Assembly: GCA_963422735.1 (NCBI GenBank)
Contig: OY730476.1
Span: 2,496,001-2,560,000 of the forward strand
Length of the DNA: 64,000 bases
Direction of reading: 5' to 3'
Source of the DNA: Candidatus Latescibacterota bacterium
GTDB taxonomy: Bacteria; Latescibacterota; UBA2968; UBA8231
Shown here: positions 28,333-37,755 of the stretch, piece after piece
Layout: the number at the start of each line of letters is the position of its first letter
Numbering within the stretch: the stretch's first letter is position 1
The notes under the pieces: model-generated
The model's input: only the letters and a program-made list of their open reading frames with translations
Told to the model about the DNA's origin: nothing
The model's database searches: none
Position numbers and translations under genes: made by a program

Positions 28333-30981
28333 GTGAAACATAGAACTCTGCTATTGCTGGCTTGCCTGAGCGTAGCGCTATCGCTGCCGCCAAAGTCCAG
28401 TGCCCAACGCGAGACCGGCTTTGAAAACCCTTATTACACGTCTGGGGCAGAGATCGCGCCTTCGACCCTTGTGCCAACTGTGCGCAAATGGTATTTGCCG
28501 CAGCGCCTCTACTCGCTCTACGACTGGCGGCAGGAGCAGTATTCCAACTACGCGCGCAACCTTTACGAGCGCTATAACGACATCTTTCTCGAAGGCTCGC
28601 CCTTCTACGATGTGTACGGCAATTACATCACCCAGGGCTGGCAGGTGTACAATTGGACCGAGGACTACCCTACCCAAAACGGCAGCAACATTAGCAAAGA
28701 CCCGCGTTTTACCTCTTGGTTCAACAACATACTGATCGCTTCGAGCCATTCCGGGCAATTCCACTCCTCCCTGATGGTCGGCGATGGGATCCGCACGACC
28801 CTGACGCCGCTGACATTTTCCAAACCGCGTTTCGATGGGGTGCAGTGGGATCTGATGACCGACAAATACGCGATCACCCTGCTGTCCTCACGCGTCAACA
28901 ACACCGGCCGGGTCGCCGAGGAGGAAGGCGCGGCCGGGGTGCAGTTCACGACATTTACCAACCTCTGGGCCGCCCGGGGTCAGGTCGGTGTTGGGGATTT
29001 TGCCAAGTTGGGTTTGACCTTTGTCAACGCCGCCCACCGCAATTCCGATGTGCCCTTCGGCGACAACTCGCTACAGGGCTTGTTGAGCGGGCCGATGAAC
29101 GCCGATTTTGTGCGCTCGATCATCGTGCGGATCTCCGATGACTCCCCGGAGGATGGCGAGGGGGGGGCGCTATTGTCGCGCTGGCGCATCTTCGTCAATG
29201 GCGTCGAGCACACCGACGACATTGAGCCTACGGTCGAAGGCGGCCTGCGCCGTCGCGGCGTGATTGAGGCCAGCGGCCCGGACGTTATTACCCTGACCTT
29301 CAATATCGAGGATTTCTCGTCGAGCGAGGAGGACGAAATCGACGATTTCCGCCAGATCAAGTTCGTCGAGATCGGCCTAGTGTTGGCCAACGACTACAAG
29401 GTGGAGATCACCTCTAACAAGCAGACCAACCAGCTTGGTACGCCGGTATTTTTGCCGATGCTGCGCGCTCCGGGCAATGTCAAGGACGGGTCCAATCAGG
29501 CCTTCCACCGCTTCCGCTATGGCCTGCCGACGGCCAACCGCATGTTGGGTTTCGACCTAGCGATCAGCGATGTAGCCGGTTTTGAGTTGCGCGGCGAGTT
29601 CGTGCAGAATTCGCAGTACCGCCGCTATCCCAACGAGAATTTTACCCGACGCCAAGCGCTGGCCAAAAAGGAGGCCAATGCCTTCTATTTGACGGCCCAG
29701 CAGCGCTCCTACCCTTGGACGGTCTTTGTCGAGACCTTCAGCATTGACTCCGACTATTCGACCCGCGCCTTCATACCCAACGCCGAGGGCGATGTCCACT
29801 ACGACAGCGAGGAGCGCAATGTCTTCGAGTTTGTCGATGACAACGACGACCAAGACGAACTCCCCGACTGGAGTCGGCGCTATTTCGGTTCCCGCGTCAA
29901 CACCCGTCAGGGCCGGGGGCTATTGACCGATAACGCGGTCTTCCCAGGCATTGACGAGGACAACGATGACATCTCCGATTTCAACCGCAACTTCAACCGC
30001 GAGCCGGACTACGCTGAGCCGTTCCTGCGCTTCGAGATCGAGCCCCCCGAGTTCCTGTTCGGGATGGACATGAACAACAACACGGTCATCGACCGCTTCG
30101 AGGACGACACCCAAGCCGACTACCCCTATAAGCTGGGGCACCGTGGCTTCAACGTCTATGTCGGGCTGGAAGTGACGCAGGGGACCAACCTAATGGTCGG
30201 TCGTCTCGACGAGCGGTTGTTGAACACGGCTCGTAAGAACAGGTCGACCTACCTGCTGCTGACGACGAAAAAGGAGATGCCTGAGAAGAATCTCCGAATG
30301 CGCTTAGTCGTCAATCCGCGCAAGGTCAAAGACGATATCCCCGACGACGTTTTCCTGTGGGTCGATACGCCTGGCACTCGAGGCAGCGCGGTCTTGACCC
30401 GCGACCAGTTGGTGGCCCGGGACGTATTCGTCAACGCGATGTTCTTCGAAGTGCAGTACGACCGTTTCTTCCCTTTTACCACCAAGGTCAAGCACGAACT
30501 GTACAATCTATTAGGCACACCCCAAACAGGGCGCCGGGACCAGAGCTTTCTTGGCGTGGTCAACAAGGGCGAATACCCTCTCTCATTCAGGGAGTGGGAC
30601 TTCCTGCCGCGCTGGAAACAGCTCTACAGCAGCCGCACTCCGGCCGATCAAGGCGTCTTAGAGACTCAGGAGTTGACCGAGATATTCTCCATCCAAGCCA
30701 CGCGCGATATCAACGATAACATCGGCGTCACCGTCGGGGCCGAATACGAGTTATTCTACAACTTGCGCGAGCGGATAGTCCCACTACTGCCAGGTTATTT
30801 GGAGGACGGCAAGACCCTGATTTTGGCCGGGCAGATCGCCAATAGCTCTAGCTATTTAGGGTACGCGTTGACTACCAATGTCGGCGTGCGCTGGGTGCGC
30901 CAAGATCTGTTCGCCACGCCGCCGGCGTCCGATTTATTTTCCTTTATCACCGTTTTCGCAGGGCTGGGCACCGACCGCTAG
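28333..30981 (+). CDS. Large exported protein with Asp-rich Ca-binding-like repeats, putative outer-membrane beta protein (copy A)
   Basis: GTG after GGAGG; signal peptide; DDNDDQDELPD, DEDNDDISD, DMNNNTVID; amphipathic beta-like stretches; paralogue at 52980. Confidence 0.8.
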   Translation: MKHRTLLLLACLSVALSLPPKSSAQRETGFENPYYTSGAEIAPSTLVPTVRKWYLPQRLYSLYDWRQEQYSNYARNLYERYNDIFLEGSPFYDVYGNYITQGWQVYNWTEDYPTQNGSNISKDPRFTSWFNNILIASSHSGQFHSSLMVGDGIRTTLTPLTFSKPRFDGVQWDLMTDKYAITLLSSRVNNTGRVAEEEGAAGVQFTTFTNLWAARGQVGVGDFAKLGLTFVNAAHRNSDVPFGDNSLQGLLSGPMNADFVRSIIVRISDDSPEDGEGGALLSRWRIFVNGVEHTDDIEPTVEGGLRRRGVIEASGPDVITLTFNIEDFSSSEEDEIDDFRQIKFVEIGLVLANDYKVEITSNKQTNQLGTPVFLPMLRAPGNVKDGSNQAFHRFRYGLPTANRMLGFDLAISDVAGFELRGEFVQNSQYRRYPNENFTRRQALAKKEANAFYLTAQQRSYPWTVFVETFSIDSDYSTRAFIPNAEGDVHYDSEERNVFEFVDDNDDQDELPDWSRRYFGSRVNTRQGRGLLTDNAVFPGIDEDNDDISDFNRNFNREPDYAEPFLRFEIEPPEFLFGMDMNNNTVIDRFEDDTQADYPYKLGHRGFNVYVGLEVTQGTNLMVGRLDERLLNTARKNRSTYLLLTTKKEMPEKNLRMRLVVNPRKVKDDIPDDVFLWVDTPGTRGSAVLTRDQLVARDVFVNAMFFEVQYDRFFPFTTKVKHELYNLLGTPQTGRRDQSFLGVVNKGEYPLSFREWDFLPRWKQLYSSRTPADQGVLETQELTEIFSIQATRDINDNIGVTVGAEYELFYNLRERIVPLLPGYLEDGKTLILAGQIANSSSYLGYALTTNVGVRWVRQDLFATPPASDLFSFITVFAGLGTDR

Positions 30982-31018
30982 GTCGCCGGAGTTCAGCAAT
31001 TGCCCGAAGGCCGGCCGC

Positions 31019-31966
31019 GTGACACTGAATCAGGTCAACTACCTCAACACGGGATTGATGCTGGCGGCGGCGGGCATCGCGGTCGCGCTGCCATTTGAGT
31101 TGTTCCTCTTTGCCTATGCGATACTCGGGCCGGCCCATTATCTAACCCAGATCTCTTGGCTCCACGACCGCCAGTATTTTACCACCGGTAAGTGCGATTT
31201 CCTGCTCCTGCTGCTGTTGACTTTGCCGATTGCTGCGCGGTTCGTCTTTGGTCAGTGGCTGCCGGTGGGTGTGGCTTGGGATGGGATATTCGCTTTTGTT
31301 GCGCTACTCGCCGCTGCGGGGATGGCCCATTTTCAACGCGCTTTCCACAAACTGTTGCTAGGTGCCTTGGCGGCCTTGTGCGCGGGTTATATTTGCCGGA
31401 TCCCCGACATCGCGCTGTTGTTTTCCTTCTTCGTGCCAACGCTGATCCACGTGTATGTCTTTACCGGTGCCTTTATCTTGCACGGCACACTTAGAAGCCC
31501 CAATCTGTCGGGTTGGCTGTCGTTGGGCGTCTTTGTTTTGTGCGGGGCCGTGTTCTTCGTCTTTGACATCCCCAATTGGGGCTATGGGGCGACCGAATAC
31601 ATCCGCACGAGTATGGGGCGCTTGGTGGTGATCCCAGAGCAGTTTATCCGAGTATTCGGCCTGAGTACAGCATGGAATTCAGTGGTGGACGTGATGCGTT
31701 TTATCGCCTTTGCCTATACCTACCATTACCTCAACTGGTTTACCAAGACCAAGGTGATCCGCTGGCACGAAATATCGCGGCGGCGCTGTATTGCTATCGC
31801 GCTCTTATACCTTCTCTCGGTGGGGATCTATGCCGTCGATTACCGCTGGGGGATCAGCGCCCTCTTCTGCTTGAGCCTGATGCACGTGTTCTTGGAATTT
31901 CCTCTCAACCACAAGACGTTTGTCGGGATCAGTAGCCACCTGCGCGGTGTTCTGGCGCGGGCGTGA
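31019..31966 (+). CDS. Uncharacterised polytopic membrane protein with His motifs
   Basis: Several TM helices; 'GPAHYLTQISWLHD', 'TLIHVY', 'YTYHYLNWF', 'HVFLEFPLNH'. Confidence 0.75.
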   Translation: MTLNQVNYLNTGLMLAAAGIAVALPFELFLFAYAILGPAHYLTQISWLHDRQYFTTGKCDFLLLLLLTLPIAARFVFGQWLPVGVAWDGIFAFVALLAAAGMAHFQRAFHKLLLGALAALCAGYICRIPDIALLFSFFVPTLIHVYVFTGAFILHGTLRSPNLSGWLSLGVFVLCGAVFFVFDIPNWGYGATEYIRTSMGRLVVIPEQFIRVFGLSTAWNSVVDVMRFIAFAYTYHYLNWFTKTKVIRWHEISRRRCIAIALLYLLSVGIYAVDYRWGISALFCLSLMHVFLEFPLNHKTFVGISSHLRGVLARA

Positions 31967-33918
31967 ACGAACCCGAACACATCGGTAGCCAAACACCCCT
32001 AGCGATTACTTGGCGCGGGGTGGCTCTGGGTGGACTAACGATTGCCGTGATGTTCACCTACCTCATCCTCTATGCGGGGATGGGGGCGGGATCTGAGGGC
32101 TATGTGCAGTCGCAGTTCCCGATGATGGCGTTTATACCCTTCGTCCTCTGGCTGTTCCTCAATGCGATACTGGCGCGGATTTCGCCCCGGTTGGTGCTGA
32201 GCCAAGGCGAGTTGTTGACCATTTTCGCGATGGTGTGGATTGTCGGCGCGATCCCACAATGGGGGTGGATGGAGTATTGGGTCGCGCTGATGGCGGCGCC
32301 TGCCTATATGGCCACGCCCGAGAATCAATGGGCGGAGATAGTCTGGCCCTTCATGCCTTGGCACGTCTTTCCCGATACTGCGCCGCGGGTAGTAGAGGCC
32401 TTCTGGTTGGGGCAGGTCACGGGGACGCCGGTGCCTTGGGATGGCTGGTACGCACCGCTGAGCCAGTGGTTTGGAGTTTCCGTCGCCATGGTGGCGTTTG
32501 GGTTTGCACTGGTGGTGATTTTCCAGCGGCAATGGGTCGAGGCGGAGAAGCTGAGCTTTCCTTTGGCGCGGATGCCGCTGGAGCTGACCGAGGGCTTTGA
32601 CGGACGAGGGCGGATGCCGGACTTCTTCCACAAGAAGCTTTTTTGGCTGGGCTTCAGTGTGGTTTTCCTGCCGACGCTCTACAATGTCATCAGCTATTTC
32701 ACGCCCGGGCTGCCGCTTGTCGAGCTATGGACAGAGCACTACAGGCTCGTATTGCCCCGGCCCTTCCCCGGGCTGACCATCCGCTTGATGGCTCCGGTAT
32801 TGGCCCTGACCTATATGTGCCCTTTGAATATCCTCGGCAGCTTAGTGTTCTTTGCGCTGTTGGCCGCGCTGAAGCTGGGCCTGATGCAGCAGGTGGGAGT
32901 CCGCGTGGGGTTATCGGGCCAGGAAATAAGCGGTGGCGGCATTCTGCAGATGGAGAGTTTTGGCGCCTTGGTGTTCATTGCCGTGTGGTCGGTGTGGTTG
33001 GCCCGCAGCCATCTGCGCTCGGTGTGGCAGCAAGCCCTCACCGGCCAAGGAGACGACCGCGATGTCCGCTCCTATCGCTTGGCCTTGGCAACCCTGATCG
33101 CATCGGCGGCTTACGTGGTCGGTTGGGGGGTTAGTCTGGGGGTGAGCCTGCCTTTGTCGATCGGGGCCTTCCTGCTGATGGTAATGACGTACTTCGTAAC
33201 CATTAAGTTGGTCGCCGCCACCGGGTTTCCCTACCTGACCCCGAGTTGGGCCAATGCCAAAGGGGAGATGTTTGTCACCGAATTGATCGGCTCAGCCAAT
33301 TTATCACAGCAAAACTTGGTGTCGTTCAAGATATTTTCCAGCAACATGTTTTTCGGCAATATCCGCCTGCCGGTATGGCCGGCCTTACCGCATCTGCTGC
33401 GGATATTTCCTTTGCGCAGACAACCCAAACGAGTGGTGGCGGTGGTGGCGGTGGCCTTTCCGGTCGGCTTCCTGGTGGCGGCGTGGGCTACGATCTCTAT
33501 GGCCTATGACGTTGGAGCGACCAACCACCTGATGGTCATTATCGGGCTATACGATCAAATCGCACATATCCAGCTCAATCCCCGGGTCGCTGATCCGGGC
33601 AAGTGGGGCATCTATCTGCTAGGATTTTTCGAAGCGGCTGGACTGGCGTTTTTGCGGGGGCGATTCTATTGGTTTTCTCTGCATCCGATCGGTTTGGCCT
33701 ATCAGGCGACGGCGGGCACTTCGATCTATTGGTTTAGCCTGTTCCTAGTGTGGCTGGCCAAACTGGTCCTATTGCGCTACGGGGGAATTCGCGCCTACCG
33801 TACGGGCAAGCCCTTTTTCTTTGGTTTGGGGATCGGCTATGTCATTGGCGTGGTGTTTTCTGGAGTTGTCGATATGATCTGGTTCCGAGGGCAGATGCAC
33901 GTGGTCCACGATTGGTAA
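31963..33918 (+). CDS. DUF6785/DUF6784-like polytopic membrane protein (putative transporter)
   Basis: 'IFQRQWVEAEKLSFPL', 'SLHPIG', 'LRYGGIRAYR..KPFFFGL..G'; many TM helices. Confidence 0.75.
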   Translation: MNEPEHIGSQTPLAITWRGVALGGLTIAVMFTYLILYAGMGAGSEGYVQSQFPMMAFIPFVLWLFLNAILARISPRLVLSQGELLTIFAMVWIVGAIPQWGWMEYWVALMAAPAYMATPENQWAEIVWPFMPWHVFPDTAPRVVEAFWLGQVTGTPVPWDGWYAPLSQWFGVSVAMVAFGFALVVIFQRQWVEAEKLSFPLARMPLELTEGFDGRGRMPDFFHKKLFWLGFSVVFLPTLYNVISYFTPGLPLVELWTEHYRLVLPRPFPGLTIRLMAPVLALTYMCPLNILGSLVFFALLAALKLGLMQQVGVRVGLSGQEISGGGILQMESFGALVFIAVWSVWLARSHLRSVWQQALTGQGDDRDVRSYRLALATLIASAAYVVGWGVSLGVSLPLSIGAFLLMVMTYFVTIKLVAATGFPYLTPSWANAKGEMFVTELIGSANLSQQNLVSFKIFSSNMFFGNIRLPVWPALPHLLRIFPLRRQPKRVVAVVAVAFPVGFLVAAWATISMAYDVGATNHLMVIIGLYDQIAHIQLNPRVADPGKWGIYLLGFFEAAGLAFLRGRFYWFSLHPIGLAYQATAGTSIYWFSLFLVWLAKLVLLRYGGIRAYRTGKPFFFGLGIGYVIGVVFSGVVDMIWFRGQMHVVHDW

Positions 33919-34154
33919 AGGGGCTATGTCCGCGATCTGTTGGGCTTGGGTGCAGACCTCGTCAACGCCAGCGTTGTAACAGCCGCTTTCGAAGTTGACA
34001 AATTGGGGTGAGCGATTGAAGGCGTTGCGGTCGGTCGTCGATGGCGAGCGGAGATTGGTCAGCCAATGTTGCGCTGGCAGCGTGGACCTACTGGCTGTTG
34101 TCGGGTGATAGCAAGGGCCGGGCTAGTCTTGAAGAAATCCCTACTCACTCACCT

Positions 34155-35042
34155 CTATGGACGCTCGTATTTGGGGTCCAGTGCATCGCGTAAACCGTCG
34201 CCTAGAAACGAAAAGCCCAGCATAGTCAGGGCGATGGCGACAGTCGGGAATAGCGCTAGATGCCAGTAGATGCGGACATAGGCGTTGGAGACGCCGACCA
34301 TCTTGCCCCAACTGGCCATCGGATCGTTAATCCCCAAACCGATAAAGCTCAAACCCGCTTCGGCGAAGATGGTGCCTGGGATACCAAAGCTGACAGCGAC
34401 TAGGATTGGGGTCAGCGCGTTGATAAGTAGGTCGCGGAAGATAATTTTGCGCGTCGGCACACCCAGTGCCCTTGCCGCTAGGGCGTATTCTTGCTCGCGC
34501 AGGGTCAAAAATTGTGCCCGCGTCAGCCGGGCGATGCCGATCCAGCCAGTGATGCCCAAGGCGACGACAATAGTCGCCAAGCCGCCTTCGAGGACCGAGA
34601 TGATGAGGATGGCAAAGAGCAAGCTGGGAAAGGCGGTCATCACGTCAATGATGCGGGTGACGACAAAATCGAGTCGCCCGCCGAAATAGCCAGCGAGGGC
34701 ACCGACCGGCACCCCGATTAACACGGCGAGGGCCTGGACCAGCAGACTGACGGTTAGCGAGGTGCGGGCACCGTAGATTAGGCGGCTGAGATAGTCGCGT
34801 CCAACCTCGTCGGTGCCCAGCAGGTGATCCGGGTGTTGCAAAGGCGCGAGCAAAACCTTGTCGAAATAAGCGTGGTCGTAGGGGAAGGGCGCGAGAAGAT
34901 CGGCGAAGATTGCCAAAAAGGAAATCACGCCGACAATGGCCAGGCCAATGACGGCGAGGCGGTTGCGCACAAAACGCCGTCGGGCGTCGGCCCAAAAGGA
35001 GCGGTGGGCACCGTCGATTCCGTCGTCGAGGGACTCGGTCAT
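34155..35042 (-). CDS. oppC: Oligopeptide ABC permease (OppC/DppC)
   Basis: 'LLGTDEVGRDYLSRLIYGARTS'; EAA loop 'EYALAARALG'. Confidence 0.92.
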   Translation of the reverse strand: MTESLDDGIDGAHRSFWADARRRFVRNRLAVIGLAIVGVISFLAIFADLLAPFPYDHAYFDKVLLAPLQHPDHLLGTDEVGRDYLSRLIYGARTSLTVSLLVQALAVLIGVPVGALAGYFGGRLDFVVTRIIDVMTAFPSLLFAILIISVLEGGLATIVVALGITGWIGIARLTRAQFLTLREQEYALAARALGVPTRKIIFRDLLINALTPILVAVSFGIPGTIFAEAGLSFIGLGINDPMASWGKMVGVSNAYVRIYWHLALFPTVAIALTMLGFSFLGDGLRDALDPKYERP

Positions 35043-36007
35043 CAGGCTTCTTTTCTGCCGCCGAGTTTGACGCGCGGGTCGATGAGAGTATAGGCGATAT
35101 CGGTCAGCATATAGGTGATACCCCACAATAGGGCCACCAGCAGGAAAGTCGCCATGATCATCGGGTAGTCGCGGTTGAGGGTGCTGGTGACGAAGAACTT
35201 ACCGAGGCCATTGATGCGGAAGATGGTCTCGATAAAGATGCTGCCGGTGATGAGGTTGGGTATTTCGGTGCCCAGCGCAGTGACCATCGGGATCTGTGCA
35301 TTGCGCAGCACGTGGTGCCGCATGACCTTTGCTTCGCTCAGGCCCTTGGCTCGGGCGGTGCGCACATAGTCCTCGCCGATGACATCGACGATGCTGGCGC
35401 GGGTGTAGCGAGCAATGATCGCCATCGGTGCCAGCGCGTAGGCTAAGACCGGCAGAATCCAATCCGAGCACAGGATATCGCCGCAGAGGCAGGATCCGGA
35501 ATTGCTCCAGCCGCCGGTGGGCAGCCACTGCCGTGCAACCCCGAAAAACAGGATAAACCACATCGCCACCACGAAATTGGGCACGGTGACGCCGAGCATC
35601 GCGCCAAAGGTCACGATATTGTCAATCCAACTGTTCTGGCGATAGGCAGCTAACATGCCGGCGGCTATCCCACAGCTAAAGGCCACGAGGATCGTCATCA
35701 CGCCGACTTGCACAGTGACGATCCAGGTCTTGCCAATCAGTGCGGCGACTGTGGTCTGCGGCTGCTGGTAGGGGATGCCGAAGTCGAAGCGAACCGCGTG
35801 GCTCATGTAGTTGAGGTATTGCTGCCAGACGGGTTTGTCGAGGCCGTATTTGCGCTCAATATTCTCGCGTGCGGCTTTGGGCAGTTTGGCCTGTTGGGTG
35901 TCGAAGGGGCCGCCTGGCACCGAGTGCATCAGTGCGAAAACGATCATCGACACTGCGAGTAGCACAAAGGCCAGGGCGATCAAGCGGCGGGCCAGATAGA
36001 AAAGCAT
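35042..36007 (-). CDS. oppB: Oligopeptide ABC permease (OppB/DppB)
   Basis: 'PGGPFD', 'YGLDKP', 'DYVRTARAKGL', 'RDYPMIM'. Confidence 0.93.
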   Translation of the reverse strand: MLFYLARRLIALAFVLLAVSMIVFALMHSVPGGPFDTQQAKLPKAARENIERKYGLDKPVWQQYLNYMSHAVRFDFGIPYQQPQTTVAALIGKTWIVTVQVGVMTILVAFSCGIAAGMLAAYRQNSWIDNIVTFGAMLGVTVPNFVVAMWFILFFGVARQWLPTGGWSNSGSCLCGDILCSDWILPVLAYALAPMAIIARYTRASIVDVIGEDYVRTARAKGLSEAKVMRHHVLRNAQIPMVTALGTEIPNLITGSIFIETIFRINGLGKFFVTSTLNRDYPMIMATFLLVALLWGITYMLTDIAYTLIDPRVKLGGRKEA

Positions 36008-36051
36008 CGCCTATGGCCCCGGGTGCGCTCTTTGGCAGTGATCGCCGGTCA

Positions 36052-37755
36052 TTATTGCGCCATGCCGATGTATATATCGCCCCACATCCAGTCGTTGCCG
36101 GAGTGGTTGCCGTAGGTCCCTTCTGGCCCCGGCTCGCGGATGCTGGCACCACGAACCGTGGGCCGAAACAGGTCGCCGGCCCAGCGGTGGGCGATAAAGG
36201 CTCCGCCGACATCGTCGACGAGAAGCCGCTCGGCATCGCGGAAAAGCTGGTCGCGGCGCTGGGGGTCGCCCATTAAGTTGCTGGCCTCGTCTAGGATGGC
36301 GTCGAAGCGTTGGTTGCGCCAGGAGTGGCGACCGCTGCTGACCCAGATGCCGAGCAAGTTGATGGGGTCGGCAAAGTCGATGCTATAGGCGACGGCACCC
36401 AGCGCAATGCCAGTGGGTCGCTCGTGTAGGGCGTTCATAAAGACTTTGTTGTCTTTGTTCGAGACTTGGATCGAGACGCCCAAACACTGGGAGATCGAGG
36501 CAGCGGCAGCTTGATAGACTGAGGCAATGCCGGGATTTTCGTTGCGCAACCACATCACCTGCGGCGGAAAGCTAACACCGTCAGAGTAGCCGGCTTGGGC
36601 TAGGTGTTCCTTAGCTAGGCCACAGTCGAAGCGCTGATAGTGGGCAAGTTGACCCTGTACATCGGCGGCGGGAAAGCCAGGCATGAGCATGGAATGGGCG
36701 GGCATGGCCTTGATCTCGCCGTAGACGCCCTTGACGATGGCCTCGCGGTCGATGGCGTGGGCGAAGGCCTTGCGCACATTGATGTCGTTGAAGGGTGGGT
36801 TGTGCGCGTCGAAGAAGACATAGTCGGTGCCGATCAGACCGGGGCGCAAGTAGTTGGCTTGCAGCTCGGGGTCGCGCTGGATGGTGGCGAAATCGGCTGG
36901 CGACAAGTCGTTGAAGTTTAAGGTGTCAATTTCGTTGTTGAGATAGGCGATAAAATAGGTCGCTGGCGACAGGTATATCCCCTCGATCCGCGCCAACCTC
37001 GGCGGTCGGTAGCCCGCGTAGTGCGGGTTGGCCTTGAAAACTACTTTGAAACCGTGGTCGAAAGACTCCAGCATAAAGGGGCCGGACGAGACTGAGGTGG
37101 TCGGGTCGTTGTTGTAGTAGGGGCCGTGCGTCTCCAGTGCCTTCTTCTGCAGCGCGAAGGCGTATTTCATGATTTTGGGCAGTGGCGGAAACACGCCCTT
37201 GGTCACAATCTCGAGGGTGCGGTCGTCCACGGCGCGGACCCCCAATGCTTCGATAGGTAGTTTTCCGGCAATGACCTCGTCCCAGTTCTCGATCCCACCC
37301 TTATCGATGAAAGTGTAGTACCAGGCGAAATCCCAAGCGTGATCGGGACTGGCACTGAAGCGGAAGGTTGCGACGTAGTCGTGGGCGGTGACAGGGGTGC
37401 CATCGCTCCACATCAGACCCTCGCGCAAAACAAAGGTCCAAGTCACTCCGTCGTCGGCGACCGACCAACTTTCAGCGGCACCAGGTTGGGGATTTTGCGC
37501 CTTGTCGAAGGTGACCAACGGATCGTTGAAGAGATTGGACCCGCAATAGGGCTGATAGACGCTGACCGAAAAGTCGAAAGTGATCGAGTTGGCGGTATTG
37601 TTGCAGGGGATGCGGTACACCTGCTGGTCATAGGGTAGCGCGTCGGGCGGCAAGTCCAGACTAAGGATGGTCTTTTCTTGGGCACTGCCGGGGCGGATGA
37701 AAAGCGCGAAAATAGCGATCAACAGCGGGACGGAAGTTGTAATGTTGTTTTTCAT
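36052..37755 (-). CDS. oppA: Peptide ABC substrate-binding protein (family 5)
   Basis: 'AESWSVADDGVTWTFVLREGLMWSDGTPVTAHD', 'SSGPF', 'VRKAFAHAIDRE'. Confidence 0.92.
   Translation of the reverse strand: MKNNITTSVPLLIAIFALFIRPGSAQEKTILSLDLPPDALPYDQQVYRIPCNNTANSITFDFSVSVYQPYCGSNLFNDPLVTFDKAQNPQPGAAESWSVADDGVTWTFVLREGLMWSDGTPVTAHDYVATFRFSASPDHAWDFAWYYTFIDKGGIENWDEVIAGKLPIEALGVRAVDDRTLEIVTKGVFPPLPKIMKYAFALQKKALETHGPYYNNDPTTSVSSGPFMLESFDHGFKVVFKANPHYAGYRPPRLARIEGIYLSPATYFIAYLNNEIDTLNFNDLSPADFATIQRDPELQANYLRPGLIGTDYVFFDAHNPPFNDINVRKAFAHAIDREAIVKGVYGEIKAMPAHSMLMPGFPAADVQGQLAHYQRFDCGLAKEHLAQAGYSDGVSFPPQVMWLRNENPGIASVYQAAAASISQCLGVSIQVSNKDNKVFMNALHERPTGIALGAVAYSIDFADPINLLGIWVSSGRHSWRNQRFDAILDEASNLMGDPQRRDQLFRDAERLLVDDVGGAFIAHRWAGDLFRPTVRGASIREPGPEGTYGNHSGNDWMWGDIYIGMAQ

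Noticed and set aside
15260-30981. Diversity-generating retroelement or invertase-driven phase variation between copies
   Set aside because: No reverse transcriptase, recombinase, near-identical TR/VR pair or flanking inverted repeats seen in the window.
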